64,000 nucleotides of DNA, taken from Nitrosopumilaceae archaeon (GTDB lineage: Archaea; Thermoproteota; Nitrososphaeria; Nitrososphaerales; Nitrosopumilaceae). A model generated the notes under the pieces. The model was given only the letters and a program-made list of their open reading frames with translations, was not told the DNA's origin and ran no database searches. Made by a program: the position numbers and the translations under genes. The stretch spans positions 3,104,001-3,168,000 of the forward strand of contig CBDCCK010000002.1 in the NCBI GenBank assembly GCA_965214835.1, read 5' to 3'. This document shows, one piece after another, positions 20,577 through 29,844 of the stretch (position 1 is its first letter; each line of letters begins with the position of its first letter).

Positions 20577-21053
20577 ATGGATAGTACCACGAGCAGATCT
20601 GTAGTTGATTTGGGACTGGTATTACGAAATCTGGACAACTTTAGCATGTCCTCTTTTGATGGACGTCTGAAACTGCAAAAAACCGTATACCTGCTACAGT
20701 CATATGGGATTTATCTTGGATATGGATTTGCTTGGTACCTGCGTGGACCATACTCCACAAGACTAACAAAGGACGGATTCGTACTACAAGCAATTTACAA
20801 ACAGGTTCCAAAGGGCTCATTTAAGGAAAAAAACATTCAGAAACGATTCAGTGAATTTCTAAGATTCATGGAAGACAAAAAGGATGATCCGGGCAGGCTG
20901 GAAATACTGGCATCAATTCACTTTCTCAAAAAAGTTTACAAGGGTATGACCAAGACAGAGATACTCAAACGTGTCAAAGAAAAACAGTCTTACTTTACAG
21001 CGAAGCAGTGCAGGGACGGATGGGATGAGCTAAAGCAGGCAGGCATGATCTAG
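20577..21053 (+). CDS. YwgA/SocA/Panacea (DUF4065)-like wHTH protein
   Basis: GRLKLQKTVYLLQ, FAWYLRGPYS, LEILASIHFL; tttaaa box about 28 bp upstream. Confidence 0.7.
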   Translation: MDSTTSRSVVDLGLVLRNLDNFSMSSFDGRLKLQKTVYLLQSYGIYLGYGFAWYLRGPYSTRLTKDGFVLQAIYKQVPKGSFKEKNIQKRFSEFLRFMEDKKDDPGRLEILASIHFLKKVYKGMTKTEILKRVKEKQSYFTAKQCRDGWDELKQAGMI

Positions 21054-21407
21054 ATGTCGCTAAAACCCAGGCACAGAACAACGGTTTTCCCACAAACAAG
21101 GGTCACCAGAAACTTTCCAAAAAACATCTTTGAGCTTCAAAAATCATTCAACAGCATCGACGATCTTGAAAAATTCCTCTTTCTGGCAGACGCCACCTGC
21201 CGAGACAGGCAGGCTGCAAGCATAGAAAAGGTACATGTGGATATTTTTAAAGAATCCACGGTTGCAAGGACAAAAGTGGCATCCTCACTCAGAGAGACAC
21301 TTGAAATTCTCTTGGACGAGGATCTGGTGAGGCAAATCAAAAAAAGTGAAAAAGACGTCAAGGAGGGCAGGCTGGTTCCGTGGAACAAGGTAAGGGCAAA
21401 TGTGTAA
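21054..21407 (+). CDS. Putative type II antitoxin
   Basis: C-terminal LRETLEILLDEDLVRQIKKSEKDVKEGRLVPW is typical of RelE-neutralising (Phd/YefM-type) tails. Confidence 0.65.
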   Translation: MSLKPRHRTTVFPQTRVTRNFPKNIFELQKSFNSIDDLEKFLFLADATCRDRQAASIEKVHVDIFKESTVARTKVASSLRETLEILLDEDLVRQIKKSEKDVKEGRLVPWNKVRANV

Positions 21408-21679
21408 CATATGCAGTCCGGTTAACCGCTAACTGCCAAAGACAATACAGTAAATTCAAGAAAAAAGGAGACAGGCAGCTCCTAAAAAGACTAACTTATG
21501 CAATTAATGATCTGAGAACAAACCCTCATAGCGGAAAAGACCTGGTAGGTGGCCTTAGAGGACTAAAATCTTCACGTATTGGAGGTTACAGAATAATCTA
21601 TAGCGTAAATGAAAGCCCAGAGTGCCTAGTCATTGTACAGTGCATAGGATCAAGGGACGCAATATACAACCTGTCATAG
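21380..21679 (+). CDS. RelE/ParE-family toxin (start uncertain)
   Basis: YAVRLT..INDLRTNPHSGKDLVGGLRGLKSSRIGGYRIIYSV..IGSRDAIY. Confidence 0.85.
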   Translation: MEQGKGKCVTYAVRLTANCQRQYSKFKKKGDRQLLKRLTYAINDLRTNPHSGKDLVGGLRGLKSSRIGGYRIIYSVNESPECLVIVQCIGSRDAIYNLS

Positions 21680-21694
21680 TGCCTAGCTTGCAGT

Positions 21695-21806
21695 GACGAC
21701 TAAAGCAGTGGGCGCTATATGAAATCTTGCCATGCCAAACATTCCTGCCAGGCGCGCCTCGTTGTAGGAGACGACTAAAGCAGTGGGCGCTATATGAAAT
21801 CTTGCC
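21695..21806. repeat. Exact 37-bp direct repeat separated by a 38-bp unique insert
   Basis: gacgactaaagcagtgggcgctatatgaaatcttgcc at 21695-21731 and 21770-21806. Confidence 0.95.
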
Positions 21807-22500
21807 GGTATCCTAGCATGCAGTCACGCCCCCATCCTTTTCCCTCATTTTTTCATGATGTATCTGTGTGGCATGTTGTGTAGGTTGAGGCCCCTTCTGC
21901 TGAAATTTTGCCCTTGCATACCGGTGAAAGGACGTGTCCTTCCATGCGTGGTTTTTGATTATCGCACCTGGCTGACTTTCATGTACGGGTACGCCGAGTA
22001 TGCAAAGACTAGAAACCCCGTTGGCACTCATGCTGCTGAAAAACTCCTTGTATTCGGCCCCGGCAGGTTAGCCGCTTTTTCACTCTCCTGCGACTCGAGC
22101 TCCCCTGCCACGTTCTGCCCTCAGTCGACCTTCTTCCATGAGCAGCCGCCAAAACCCAGACATTCTCCGGATGCCATGCCCTCTCGTCTGCTGTCTCGCT
22201 GTACGGGCCGTAGCTGCCAGCATCACAGCTGTGCCTGTCCTCTGACTTTCCAGCCTGTCCGCGAGCAGAGACATCATTTTTTGCAGCCCTGCCCCTGACC
22301 GGCTCGTCATTGGTGCTTACCAGCATAATCATCCCACCTTTGCAGGCCATCTGCGCCGTTGATCGCTTTTTCCAAGCCTGTCATCCCTTCATCCCGGATG
22401 TCCTGATGTGTGGGCTGTGATGCCTGTGATTTTGATCCCCTGCTGCGGCAAAGTCGGGCGATATCACAGCTTCTGGCCCGAATGCCGCTGCCGGGCTCCT

Positions 22501-22695
22501 TTATCGCTCTGCCAAGATCGCATTTACCACGCCGTCCTGCCCCGGCCTTGAGACGATCCTACATTTTCCATCCTCTGTCTCAAGGACTGCGCCCCTTGTA
22601 ATCACGCCGCGGCGCCTGTAGTCGTTGTTTGTCGGGTTCAAGACCTTGAGAATCTTTGTCTTTACCCTGCCGTCTCCGGTGACTAGGTTTGCAAA
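22501..22695 (-). pseudogene. rps8e: Ribosomal protein S8e C-terminal fragment fused to a transposase remnant
   Basis: FANLVTGDGRVKTKILKVLNPTNNDYRRRGVITRGAVLETEDGKCRIVSRPGQDGVVNAIL is the eS8 C-terminus. Confidence 0.85.
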
Positions 22696-23258
22696 GTCAT
22701 GTCCCGTCACCTCCCCGTGTTTTGCGTGGCTCCAGCTCCTGTACTTGCGGAGGCCGAATCCCGTCGAGTCGCCGTGCAGATCCGCTATGCGCTCGCCGTC
22801 TGACATGGCCAGCATGACCTCGTCCACAAAGTCCTTGCCCATGTCCCAGAGCATCTTCATCCTGTTGTGCAGCATCGACTTGGAGTGTGCATATCTCAGG
22901 CCACCCCGCCTGAGATCGTCAGGGTGTCTCCAGATGCGTGACCATCCTCCTGTAGGACAGGCCGTTTTCGATCCTGAGGATCGCAATGCGTATGGCAGAC
23001 CACGCAAGGCCGGCATCGATTCCCGTCTCGGCCGCCATCTTCCTGGCCACCCTGCGTACGATCTTTCTGATTCTTCATCATCCTCTTCTTGCGGGAGCTC
23101 TCCTGCCTGCGCTTTTGCTCATAGAGGCGGTTGTAGTCCGTGTTCTTTCTGTCGTTGCTCATTGGAATATCCGGGATCGGCTGATCAAAAGCGTTTTCGG
23201 TGCCGTGCGCCCGTGATCTACAAGCCTGGCGGTCATTTTGCGGAAATTTTTTGGACAA
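22696..23258 (-). pseudogene. IS5-family transposase N-terminal remnant, frameshifted
   Basis: LHGDSTGFGLRKYRSW (first catalytic D); DYNRLYEQKRRQE N-terminus in another frame. Confidence 0.65.
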
Positions 23259-23395
23259 CCCCCATATTTCTTGGCATAATCGGCCTTCATTGCCTCACTG
23301 GCGTCCCTGTCGAGATAAAGTGTAATACGGATGGGATCCACCTTGGCCGCCACCATAGCAATACTTTTTAGAGAAAAATTAAGAGTCTGAGATCT

Positions 23396-24628
23396 ATGGA
23401 AAGATCCGGCGTGTTGATTGGGGGGGTGTTTAGCGTGGCAGTCGCAATAGTTGCCATCACGGTACTGATGAGTCCCCCCTTGGAGATGCAGTCCAAGGTG
23501 GCAGTTGATGAGGAAATTATCAAGGCGGGGAACGAGACCGTAGCCAAGATCAACACGACGGAACAGGTGGCAGTTGATGAGGAAATTATCAAGGCGGGGA
23601 TGTCGCCCAATTCGCTTCAGGCCGCCTCCGCCGGCGAGGCACAAATCGACATGCTCAGTGAGCTGTCCCTGGTGGAGGTTTTTAGGATGTCAGAGCCGGG
23701 GGTGGTCCAGATTAACGTAAGAAAGGGGATCTCCGACATTTCCGGGATCGGCCTGGGCTCGGGTTTTGTCTATGATGTCGAGGGTCACATAATTACCAAC
23801 GCACACGTGGTTAGAAACGCAGAGGATGTCATCATTACGTTTTTGGATGGACGCTCGTACATCGGACAGGTGATTGGGGCAGACATGGATACCGATTTGG
23901 CGGTGATCAAGTCCGATGCAAACCGCACCACGCTGCACCCACTGCCAATCGGAGACTCGTCAAGGCTCAAAATTGGAGAGCAGATAGCAGCAATAGGAAA
24001 CCCGTTTGGGCTGTCGGGCTCGATGACGTCAGGAATAATAAGCCAGATCGGGCGCCTTCTTCCCCAGGCAACAGGATTCTCAATACCAGACATAATACAG
24101 ACGGATGCGGCCATAAACCCAGGCAACTCAGGCGGTCCTCTAATCAACATGATGGGGGAGGTGGTAGGAGTCAATACGGCAATACAGTCCGCCACGGGCG
24201 AGTTCACCGGAATTGGGTTTGCAGTGCCATCAAACACAATCTCAAAAATTGTCCCGGTGCTGATTTCTGAGGGGGAATACCAGCACCCGTGGCTTGGAGT
24301 CAGGGGAGCCGATATCGGTCCAGAATACGCAGATGTCCTGAACCTTTTGGATGCAAGGGGGTTTCTGATAATGGATGTAATAGACGACAGTCCGGCATTC
24401 AAGGCAGGACTGCAGGGAGCAACGGACACAGTCCAAAAGGACGGGCAGGTCTACAGGATAGGCGGGGATATCGTGCTGTCGGTGGACGGCAAGGAGGTAA
24501 GAAAGATTGACGACATCCTGCTACACCTGCAAAGGGAAAAGGCTGTCGGGGACACGCTGGAACTAGAGGTTCTTCGAGACGGCAGAACCTCCAGCCTGGC
24601 AATCATGCTAGAAGAGCGGCCAGAGTAA
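23396..24628 (+). CDS. HtrA/DegP-family serine protease with PDZ domain
   Basis: GSGFVY, ITNAHVV, DLAVIK, IQTDAAINPGNSGGPL; N-terminal membrane anchor. Confidence 0.95.
   Translation: MERSGVLIGGVFSVAVAIVAITVLMSPPLEMQSKVAVDEEIIKAGNETVAKINTTEQVAVDEEIIKAGMSPNSLQAASAGEAQIDMLSELSLVEVFRMSEPGVVQINVRKGISDISGIGLGSGFVYDVEGHIITNAHVVRNAEDVIITFLDGRSYIGQVIGADMDTDLAVIKSDANRTTLHPLPIGDSSRLKIGEQIAAIGNPFGLSGSMTSGIISQIGRLLPQATGFSIPDIIQTDAAINPGNSGGPLINMMGEVVGVNTAIQSATGEFTGIGFAVPSNTISKIVPVLISEGEYQHPWLGVRGADIGPEYADVLNLLDARGFLIMDVIDDSPAFKAGLQGATDTVQKDGQVYRIGGDIVLSVDGKEVRKIDDILLHLQREKAVGDTLELEVLRDGRTSSLAIMLEERPE
23496..23600. repeat. Exact 36-bp direct repeat separated by a 33-bp insert, in frame within the HtrA linker
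   Basis: aggtggcagttgatgaggaaattatcaaggcgggga at 23496-23531 and 23565-23600 (VAVDEEIIKAG twice). Confidence 0.95.
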
Positions 24629-24643
24629 TACAAGAATAAATAC

Positions 24644-25834
24644 TTGAAACCTTCACAAGTCATGTTGAGTGAGCTGATTCTTAACTCAGAATCATTGAAC
24701 CGGGTTTTAGATGGAGGACAGCTGCCAAGGGAGGGGCTGTACGAGGTGTTTGAGTCATCCCAGAATAATCCCGGCGAGCTGTTCAAGGCAGCGCAAGCAC
24801 TGCGCAGAAAAAACAAAGGCGGCTTTGTCAGCTTTTCCAAAAAGGCGTTTTTCAACCTGGTAAACCTGTGCAGGGATGCGTGCTCGTACTGCACATACAA
24901 GGCAGAGCCGGGAGAGAAAAAGCTGTCACTAATGTCAAGGCAGGGCGTCTCAGAGGCACTGGATCTGGCCAAAAGGTACCGCTGCGTGGAGGCGCTGCTT
25001 GTCACAGGCGAGAGTCCCGAGCACAGGTACCAGGAGGCAAGGGACTGGCTAAGGCAGAACGGGTTTTCAAGCACCGTCGAGTACATCGCGCACTGCTCTG
25101 AGGTCGCACTGGAGAGGGGGCTGTTCCCACACACCAATGCAGGCAACCTCTCAAAGGAGGAAATGGCCGAGCTCAAGAAAACAAATGTAAGCATGGGCCT
25201 GATGCTGGAAAACGTCAGCGACCGGCTCGCCCAAAAAGGCGGGCCCCATTTTTTTGCAGCAAGCAAGAGCCCAAAGGCAAGGCTGGAGGTGCTGGAAAAT
25301 GCCGGGAAGCTGAAGATTCCAATGACTACGGGGGTGCTGCTGGGAATAGGCGAGACCGCCGAGGAGATGATCGACTCCATAGTTGCAATACAGCAGATTC
25401 ATCATAGACACGGAAACATTCAGGAGGTGATCCTGCAAAACTTCCAACCAAAGCCGGACACGATGATGGGCGGGCACCCGTCGGCAGACGAGGGCTACTT
25501 TAAGACGGTCGTGGCACTGACAAGGGTAGTCATGCCGGAGATGAACATACAGGTACCGCCAAACCTTTCGCCCGGATCATACCAGGGCTTCATAGAGGCG
25601 GGAATCAACGACTGGGGCGGGATATCACCGCTTACGCCAGACTTTGTAAATCCGGAGTTCCCCTGGCCGGACATAGGTGCAGTGGAGCGGAACTGCAGTG
25701 ATGCGGGGTTTGGCCTAAAGTGCAGGTTCCCGGTTTACCCGGAGTTTTTCTCCATGGTGGATGACGGCCTGAGAGACAGGCTCTCATCAATCGCAGATGT
25801 GGACGGGTATGTCAGAGAGGACTATTGGAGGTAG
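24644..25834 (+). CDS. cofG: FO synthase subunit 1
   Basis: Radical SAM CRDACSYC, PHTNAG, SMGLMLE, IQVPPNL, GINDWGGISP. Confidence 0.93.
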   Translation: MKPSQVMLSELILNSESLNRVLDGGQLPREGLYEVFESSQNNPGELFKAAQALRRKNKGGFVSFSKKAFFNLVNLCRDACSYCTYKAEPGEKKLSLMSRQGVSEALDLAKRYRCVEALLVTGESPEHRYQEARDWLRQNGFSSTVEYIAHCSEVALERGLFPHTNAGNLSKEEMAELKKTNVSMGLMLENVSDRLAQKGGPHFFAASKSPKARLEVLENAGKLKIPMTTGVLLGIGETAEEMIDSIVAIQQIHHRHGNIQEVILQNFQPKPDTMMGGHPSADEGYFKTVVALTRVVMPEMNIQVPPNLSPGSYQGFIEAGINDWGGISPLTPDFVNPEFPWPDIGAVERNCSDAGFGLKCRFPVYPEFFSMVDDGLRDRLSSIADVDGYVREDYWR

Positions 25835-25837
25835 GAG

Positions 25838-27085
25838 ATGCAGGCGACAGAGTCCGTGCTCAGGGATGCAGATCCGCAGGTGGCAGACGTCCTAAACAGG
25901 GCGCTTGATGAAAGGGAGATCTCGCCTCAGGAGGGCCTTGTGCTGTACGACGTAGGAGGACAGGATCTCCATCTTGTCGGACTGGTTGCCGACGAGCTGA
26001 GACGGAGGAGGGTCGGGGACGTCGTGACATATGTGGTGAATCGCAACATCAACTTTACCAACGTATGCATAAAGCAGTGTGGATTCTGCGCGTTCAGCAG
26101 GGACTTTAGAGAGGAGGAGGGGTACCTTCTGCCCACAGAGGAGGTGGTCAGGAGGGCAAGGGAGGCGCACAGCCTGGGTGCAACCGAGGTCTGCATCCAG
26201 GCAGGACTGCCGCCGGATATGGACGGCAGCCTGTATGAAGACATGTGCAGGGCAATCAAGAGTGAGGTTCCAGGCATCCACATACACGGTTTTTCGCCAG
26301 AGGAGGTTCTCTACGGCGCGTCGAGATCCCATTCATCAGTCAGGGACTATCTGCTGAGGCTAAAGGATGCAGGGGTAGACACGCTGCCGGGAACGGCCGC
26401 CGAGATCTTGGATCAGGGCATGAGGGACAGGATATCCCCGGGGCGAATATCGGTAAAGGACTGGATTGATGTGATAAAAACCGCCCACGGCGTAGGAATC
26501 AGCACCACATCGACTATGATGTTCGGCCACGTTGAGACGGCAGAGGACAGGGTAAGACACATTGCAAAGATCAGGGAGATTCAAAAGGAGACGGGCGGGT
26601 TTACGGAATTTGTTCCGCTGAATTTCGTGCACGCAGAGGCCCCAATGTACAAGCACCGGCTGCACGAGGGCATCAGGGAGGGGGCAAGCGCAAGGGACAT
26701 CCTCCTGACGCACGCGGTGGCAAGAATCATGCTAAACAACCAAATCGACAACATCCAGACGTCATGGGTAAAGGAGGGTCAAAGAATGGCGCAGTTGCTG
26801 CTTATGTGGGGCGCCAACGATTTTGGAGGAACGCTGATCAACGAGAGCATCTCGACCTCGGCAGGGTCTGCACACGGCCAGCTCCTAAGGCCCAAGGAGA
26901 TCAGGCGGATGGTAAGGGAGGTGGGAAGAGTGCCTGCAGAGAGAAGTACGAGGTACCGGATCCTGAGGGAATTCTCGTCTGAGAACCAGGACGGCGCGCT
27001 TGACTCGGCCGATCAGGAGCGGTTCGGATCATACTTTGACTTGATCAAGATCAACAAATATCGCTACAAAAACCCCCGAAGGTAA
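25838..27085 (+). CDS. cofH: FO synthase subunit 2
   Basis: VTYVVNRNINFTNVCIKQCGFCAF, PGTAAEIL, SWVKEG, GANDFGGTL; adjacent to cofG. Confidence 0.93.
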   Translation: MQATESVLRDADPQVADVLNRALDEREISPQEGLVLYDVGGQDLHLVGLVADELRRRRVGDVVTYVVNRNINFTNVCIKQCGFCAFSRDFREEEGYLLPTEEVVRRAREAHSLGATEVCIQAGLPPDMDGSLYEDMCRAIKSEVPGIHIHGFSPEEVLYGASRSHSSVRDYLLRLKDAGVDTLPGTAAEILDQGMRDRISPGRISVKDWIDVIKTAHGVGISTTSTMMFGHVETAEDRVRHIAKIREIQKETGGFTEFVPLNFVHAEAPMYKHRLHEGIREGASARDILLTHAVARIMLNNQIDNIQTSWVKEGQRMAQLLLMWGANDFGGTLINESISTSAGSAHGQLLRPKEIRRMVREVGRVPAERSTRYRILREFSSENQDGALDSADQERFGSYFDLIKINKYRYKNPRR

Positions 27086-28447
27086 TTGTCACACTGTGAA
27101 GGCGTCTTGCGGGCCGCAAAAAGGATCGGGGCCTGCGAGTCAGAGGCGGTATACTCAAAAAAACGAGTCGTCACGGTCAGAATTACGGACTCGGAGATCG
27201 CCGAGGTAAAGGAGACGGTCAGCGAGGGGATATCGGCCAGGCTGGTTCAGGGAAAGAGGATGCTTTCGATCAAAGCGTCGGATCCGGATAAAATTTCACA
27301 GTATATGGAGGACGGCCAAAGGGCGGCAAGGTACCTGAGGCCAAAGGAGTTTTGGAGGACGCTTCCCCAAGGATCCCCAGGCAGCAGAAAAATCGACAGG
27401 ACCTATGATTCAAGGCTAGACGAGATCCGGGGGGGTGACGCCGCAGATGTTGCCCAGACCATGATAAACGAGGCCATGGACTGCAGGATAGCGGCAGTTT
27501 CGGGGTCGCTGAACATAGTATCAGACAGGTTCCAGATAGCAAACAGCCACGGCCTTGAGCTTGAGGATTCTAGCACATACATTTCGGGAGTCATAAACGC
27601 AGACTCGAAAAGCGGGCCCGTGGCAGTCTCGGGGATAGGGCAGGACTGCTGCAGGACGCTAGGGGGGTTTGATGCTGGCAGGGTCGGGCAGGATGCAAGG
27701 GCCATGTGCATCGGCTCGGCCAACCCAAAAAGGACAGAGTCGGGGGAGTATTCTGTGATTTTGGAGCCGTATTCTGTGGGAGAGATAATGGCCTTTGTTC
27801 TTGCATCGAACTTCAGTTTTCGGGCACTGCGGGAAAAAAGGAGCTGCTTTTCAGGCAGGCAGAACAGTGCCGTTGCGCCAGACATCCTGAACATTTCAGA
27901 TGATCCCTTTGTTCCAGACTCAATTGGGGCAAAGGCAGTCGATGACGAGGGGGTGCGCACCAAAAGGCTGTCTTTTATAAAAGGCGGGATATTCAGTGAT
28001 GCGTTCTCTGACCTTGAGGACGCATACAGGTTTGACGGCAGATCCTCAGGAAATGCAAGCAGGCCAGGATCGCCGATGGGAACCAGTGCAGAGCCCGACC
28101 CGATTGCGGCGCCCCACAACATCAGAATCGAGGGACGCACATGCAAGCGGGGCGACATGATCAAGGATGTCAAAAGGGGGATCATCGTAGGCAGGCTCTG
28201 GTACACGTATGCGATGAACCCCACCCGCGGGGATTTTTCATGTACGGCAAGAAGCGGAATACAGATTGTTGAAAACGGGGAGGTAAAAAACCCGGGCAAG
28301 CCGGTAAGAATAGTTTACAACCTCAGGAGGCTTCTTGAGAACACGGCAAATATCGCAGACGACGCAAGAAGCGTTCAGCAGTGGGACTCCCTGCCGTCAA
28401 TTGTGCCAACGGTGCAGTTCGACGGGGTTCCGGTGAGATCCATATAA
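27086..28447 (+). CDS. TldD/PmbA-family protein
   Basis: YSVILEP, ISDDPF, DDEGV, SSGNA, NPTRGDFS. Confidence 0.88.
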   Translation: MSHCEGVLRAAKRIGACESEAVYSKKRVVTVRITDSEIAEVKETVSEGISARLVQGKRMLSIKASDPDKISQYMEDGQRAARYLRPKEFWRTLPQGSPGSRKIDRTYDSRLDEIRGGDAADVAQTMINEAMDCRIAAVSGSLNIVSDRFQIANSHGLELEDSSTYISGVINADSKSGPVAVSGIGQDCCRTLGGFDAGRVGQDARAMCIGSANPKRTESGEYSVILEPYSVGEIMAFVLASNFSFRALREKRSCFSGRQNSAVAPDILNISDDPFVPDSIGAKAVDDEGVRTKRLSFIKGGIFSDAFSDLEDAYRFDGRSSGNASRPGSPMGTSAEPDPIAAPHNIRIEGRTCKRGDMIKDVKRGIIVGRLWYTYAMNPTRGDFSCTARSGIQIVENGEVKNPGKPVRIVYNLRRLLENTANIADDARSVQQWDSLPSIVPTVQFDGVPVRSI

Positions 28448-29386
28448 TCACAGGTACAAAAGCGACAAAGCAAGGTAGGCCGCATATCCCACGGCCAGGC
28501 CAACGCCGACTTTGCGCGCAACCAGGCCTGTTTTCATGACCGCGACCAGTACAAGGCTGAATCCAACCATGACTGCATAGTCGACATAGATTTCGTCGAC
28601 TATTGCAATGCCGGCCAAGGCAGAGGCCACGCCCATAATCATCAGGATGTTGTATATGTTGCTTCCAACAATATTTCCGATTCCGATGTCGGCATGTCCC
28701 TTCCTGATTGCAATGACGGACGTGATCAGCTCCGGCAGGGATGTGCCGATTGCAATTATTGTAATCCCTATGACCTTTTCAGATATGCCAAATGACTGCG
28801 CAATTCTTACGGCATTGTCGACGGTAAGCTCCGAGCCAACATACAAGAGCGCAATTCCAACCCCCAGCAGGACAAATGACTTCAGGTGGGAGCTGCCGGA
28901 GCGTTCAGTGGCGTCTTTCTCTCTTGCCGGCTGCCCCATCCTGATTGAGCGGTACGTGAGGGCCGTAAATGCAACCAACACGGCGATTAAGAGGGCCCCG
29001 TCATACTGAGATATCTGGCCGTCCAAAGACAGGGCAATCAGAAGTGCAGAGGCGCCTAGCACGACAAGCAGCTCCTTTCGGACTGCCGTCCTGCTGACTG
29101 CCAGGGGAACTAGGATTGCAGACACTCCTATAACCATTCCAACATTGGCGATGTTGCTTCCGACGATATTGCCCAAGATTATCTGGGAGTGCTCCCCTGC
29201 AGCAGCAATGCTTGCGGCCAGCTCGGGAGTCGACGTCCCATAGGCTACCACGGTCATGCCAATCACGATGTTGCTTATGCCCAAGCGCTTTGCAATAGCC
29301 ACGCCCCCACCAACAAGCCAGTGGCCGCCATAGCACAGCATGGCAAGTCCTGCAATGGTCAGTGCTGCATTTAGGGCAAGCTCCAT
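28448..29386 (-). CDS. Calcium/sodium antiporter (YrbG-like)
   Basis: Two alpha repeats GTSTPEL..GNIVGSNIAN and GTSLPEL..GNIVGSNIYN. Confidence 0.93.
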   Translation of the reverse strand: MELALNAALTIAGLAMLCYGGHWLVGGGVAIAKRLGISNIVIGMTVVAYGTSTPELAASIAAAGEHSQIILGNIVGSNIANVGMVIGVSAILVPLAVSRTAVRKELLVVLGASALLIALSLDGQISQYDGALLIAVLVAFTALTYRSIRMGQPAREKDATERSGSSHLKSFVLLGVGIALLYVGSELTVDNAVRIAQSFGISEKVIGITIIAIGTSLPELITSVIAIRKGHADIGIGNIVGSNIYNILMIMGVASALAGIAIVDEIYVDYAVMVGFSLVLVAVMKTGLVARKVGVGLAVGYAAYLALSLLYL

Positions 29387-29548
29387 GGATTGGTCTTCAA
29401 GGAGGGCTGTTTAAAGTGGTACCTTGCCCCTCGCTTGCCAACCTAGCAGCGGGAGCCAGTTCTGGCCCAGTCCAGGCACAAGGTGCCGGCAGAATCTGCC
29501 GAAAATGACAGATAACAATGAAATAGTAAAAACCACCAGAGAAGCCAT

Positions 29549-29842
29549 ATGGCATCAGCTATCATCATACCCATAGTCATCGTGGCAATACTGGGACTAG
29601 CCGGATACCTGGTTTACAGATACGCGCTGTTTGATGCGCTGTGCAAGAGCTCAATCAATAAAACCCTAAGGAAATACGACATACAAAAAACGCCATTTGA
29701 GATCATACAAGAGTTCTACAAGAGCAGGGGGGAGGCGCTGTCTGAGAGGGAGATCAGGGAGCTGGAGAAAAAATACAGGCAGACTGATCCTGACGAGTTC
29801 CTGGCAATGTACGACTCAATCAGGGAGGATCGGGAAAAGTAG
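29549..29842 (+). CDS. Membrane-anchored hypothetical protein
   Basis: N-terminal transmembrane helix; clean ORF. Confidence 0.7.
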   Translation: MASAIIIPIVIVAILGLAGYLVYRYALFDALCKSSINKTLRKYDIQKTPFEIIQEFYKSRGEALSEREIRELEKKYRQTDPDEFLAMYDSIREDREK

Positions 29843-29844
29843 GA

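Noticed and set aside
21695-21806. Canonical CRISPR array
   Set aside because: Only two repeats, no AT-rich leader, no cas genes, atypical repeat sequence; reported as a repeat and finding instead.
21813-22480. ORFs between the repeat and the rps8e fragment
   Set aside because: No coherent frame or motif; probably a decayed gene I cannot identify.
24451-28299. Long antisense ORFs (24451..25380, 27403..28299 and similar)
   Set aside because: Shadows of well-supported genes on the opposite strand.
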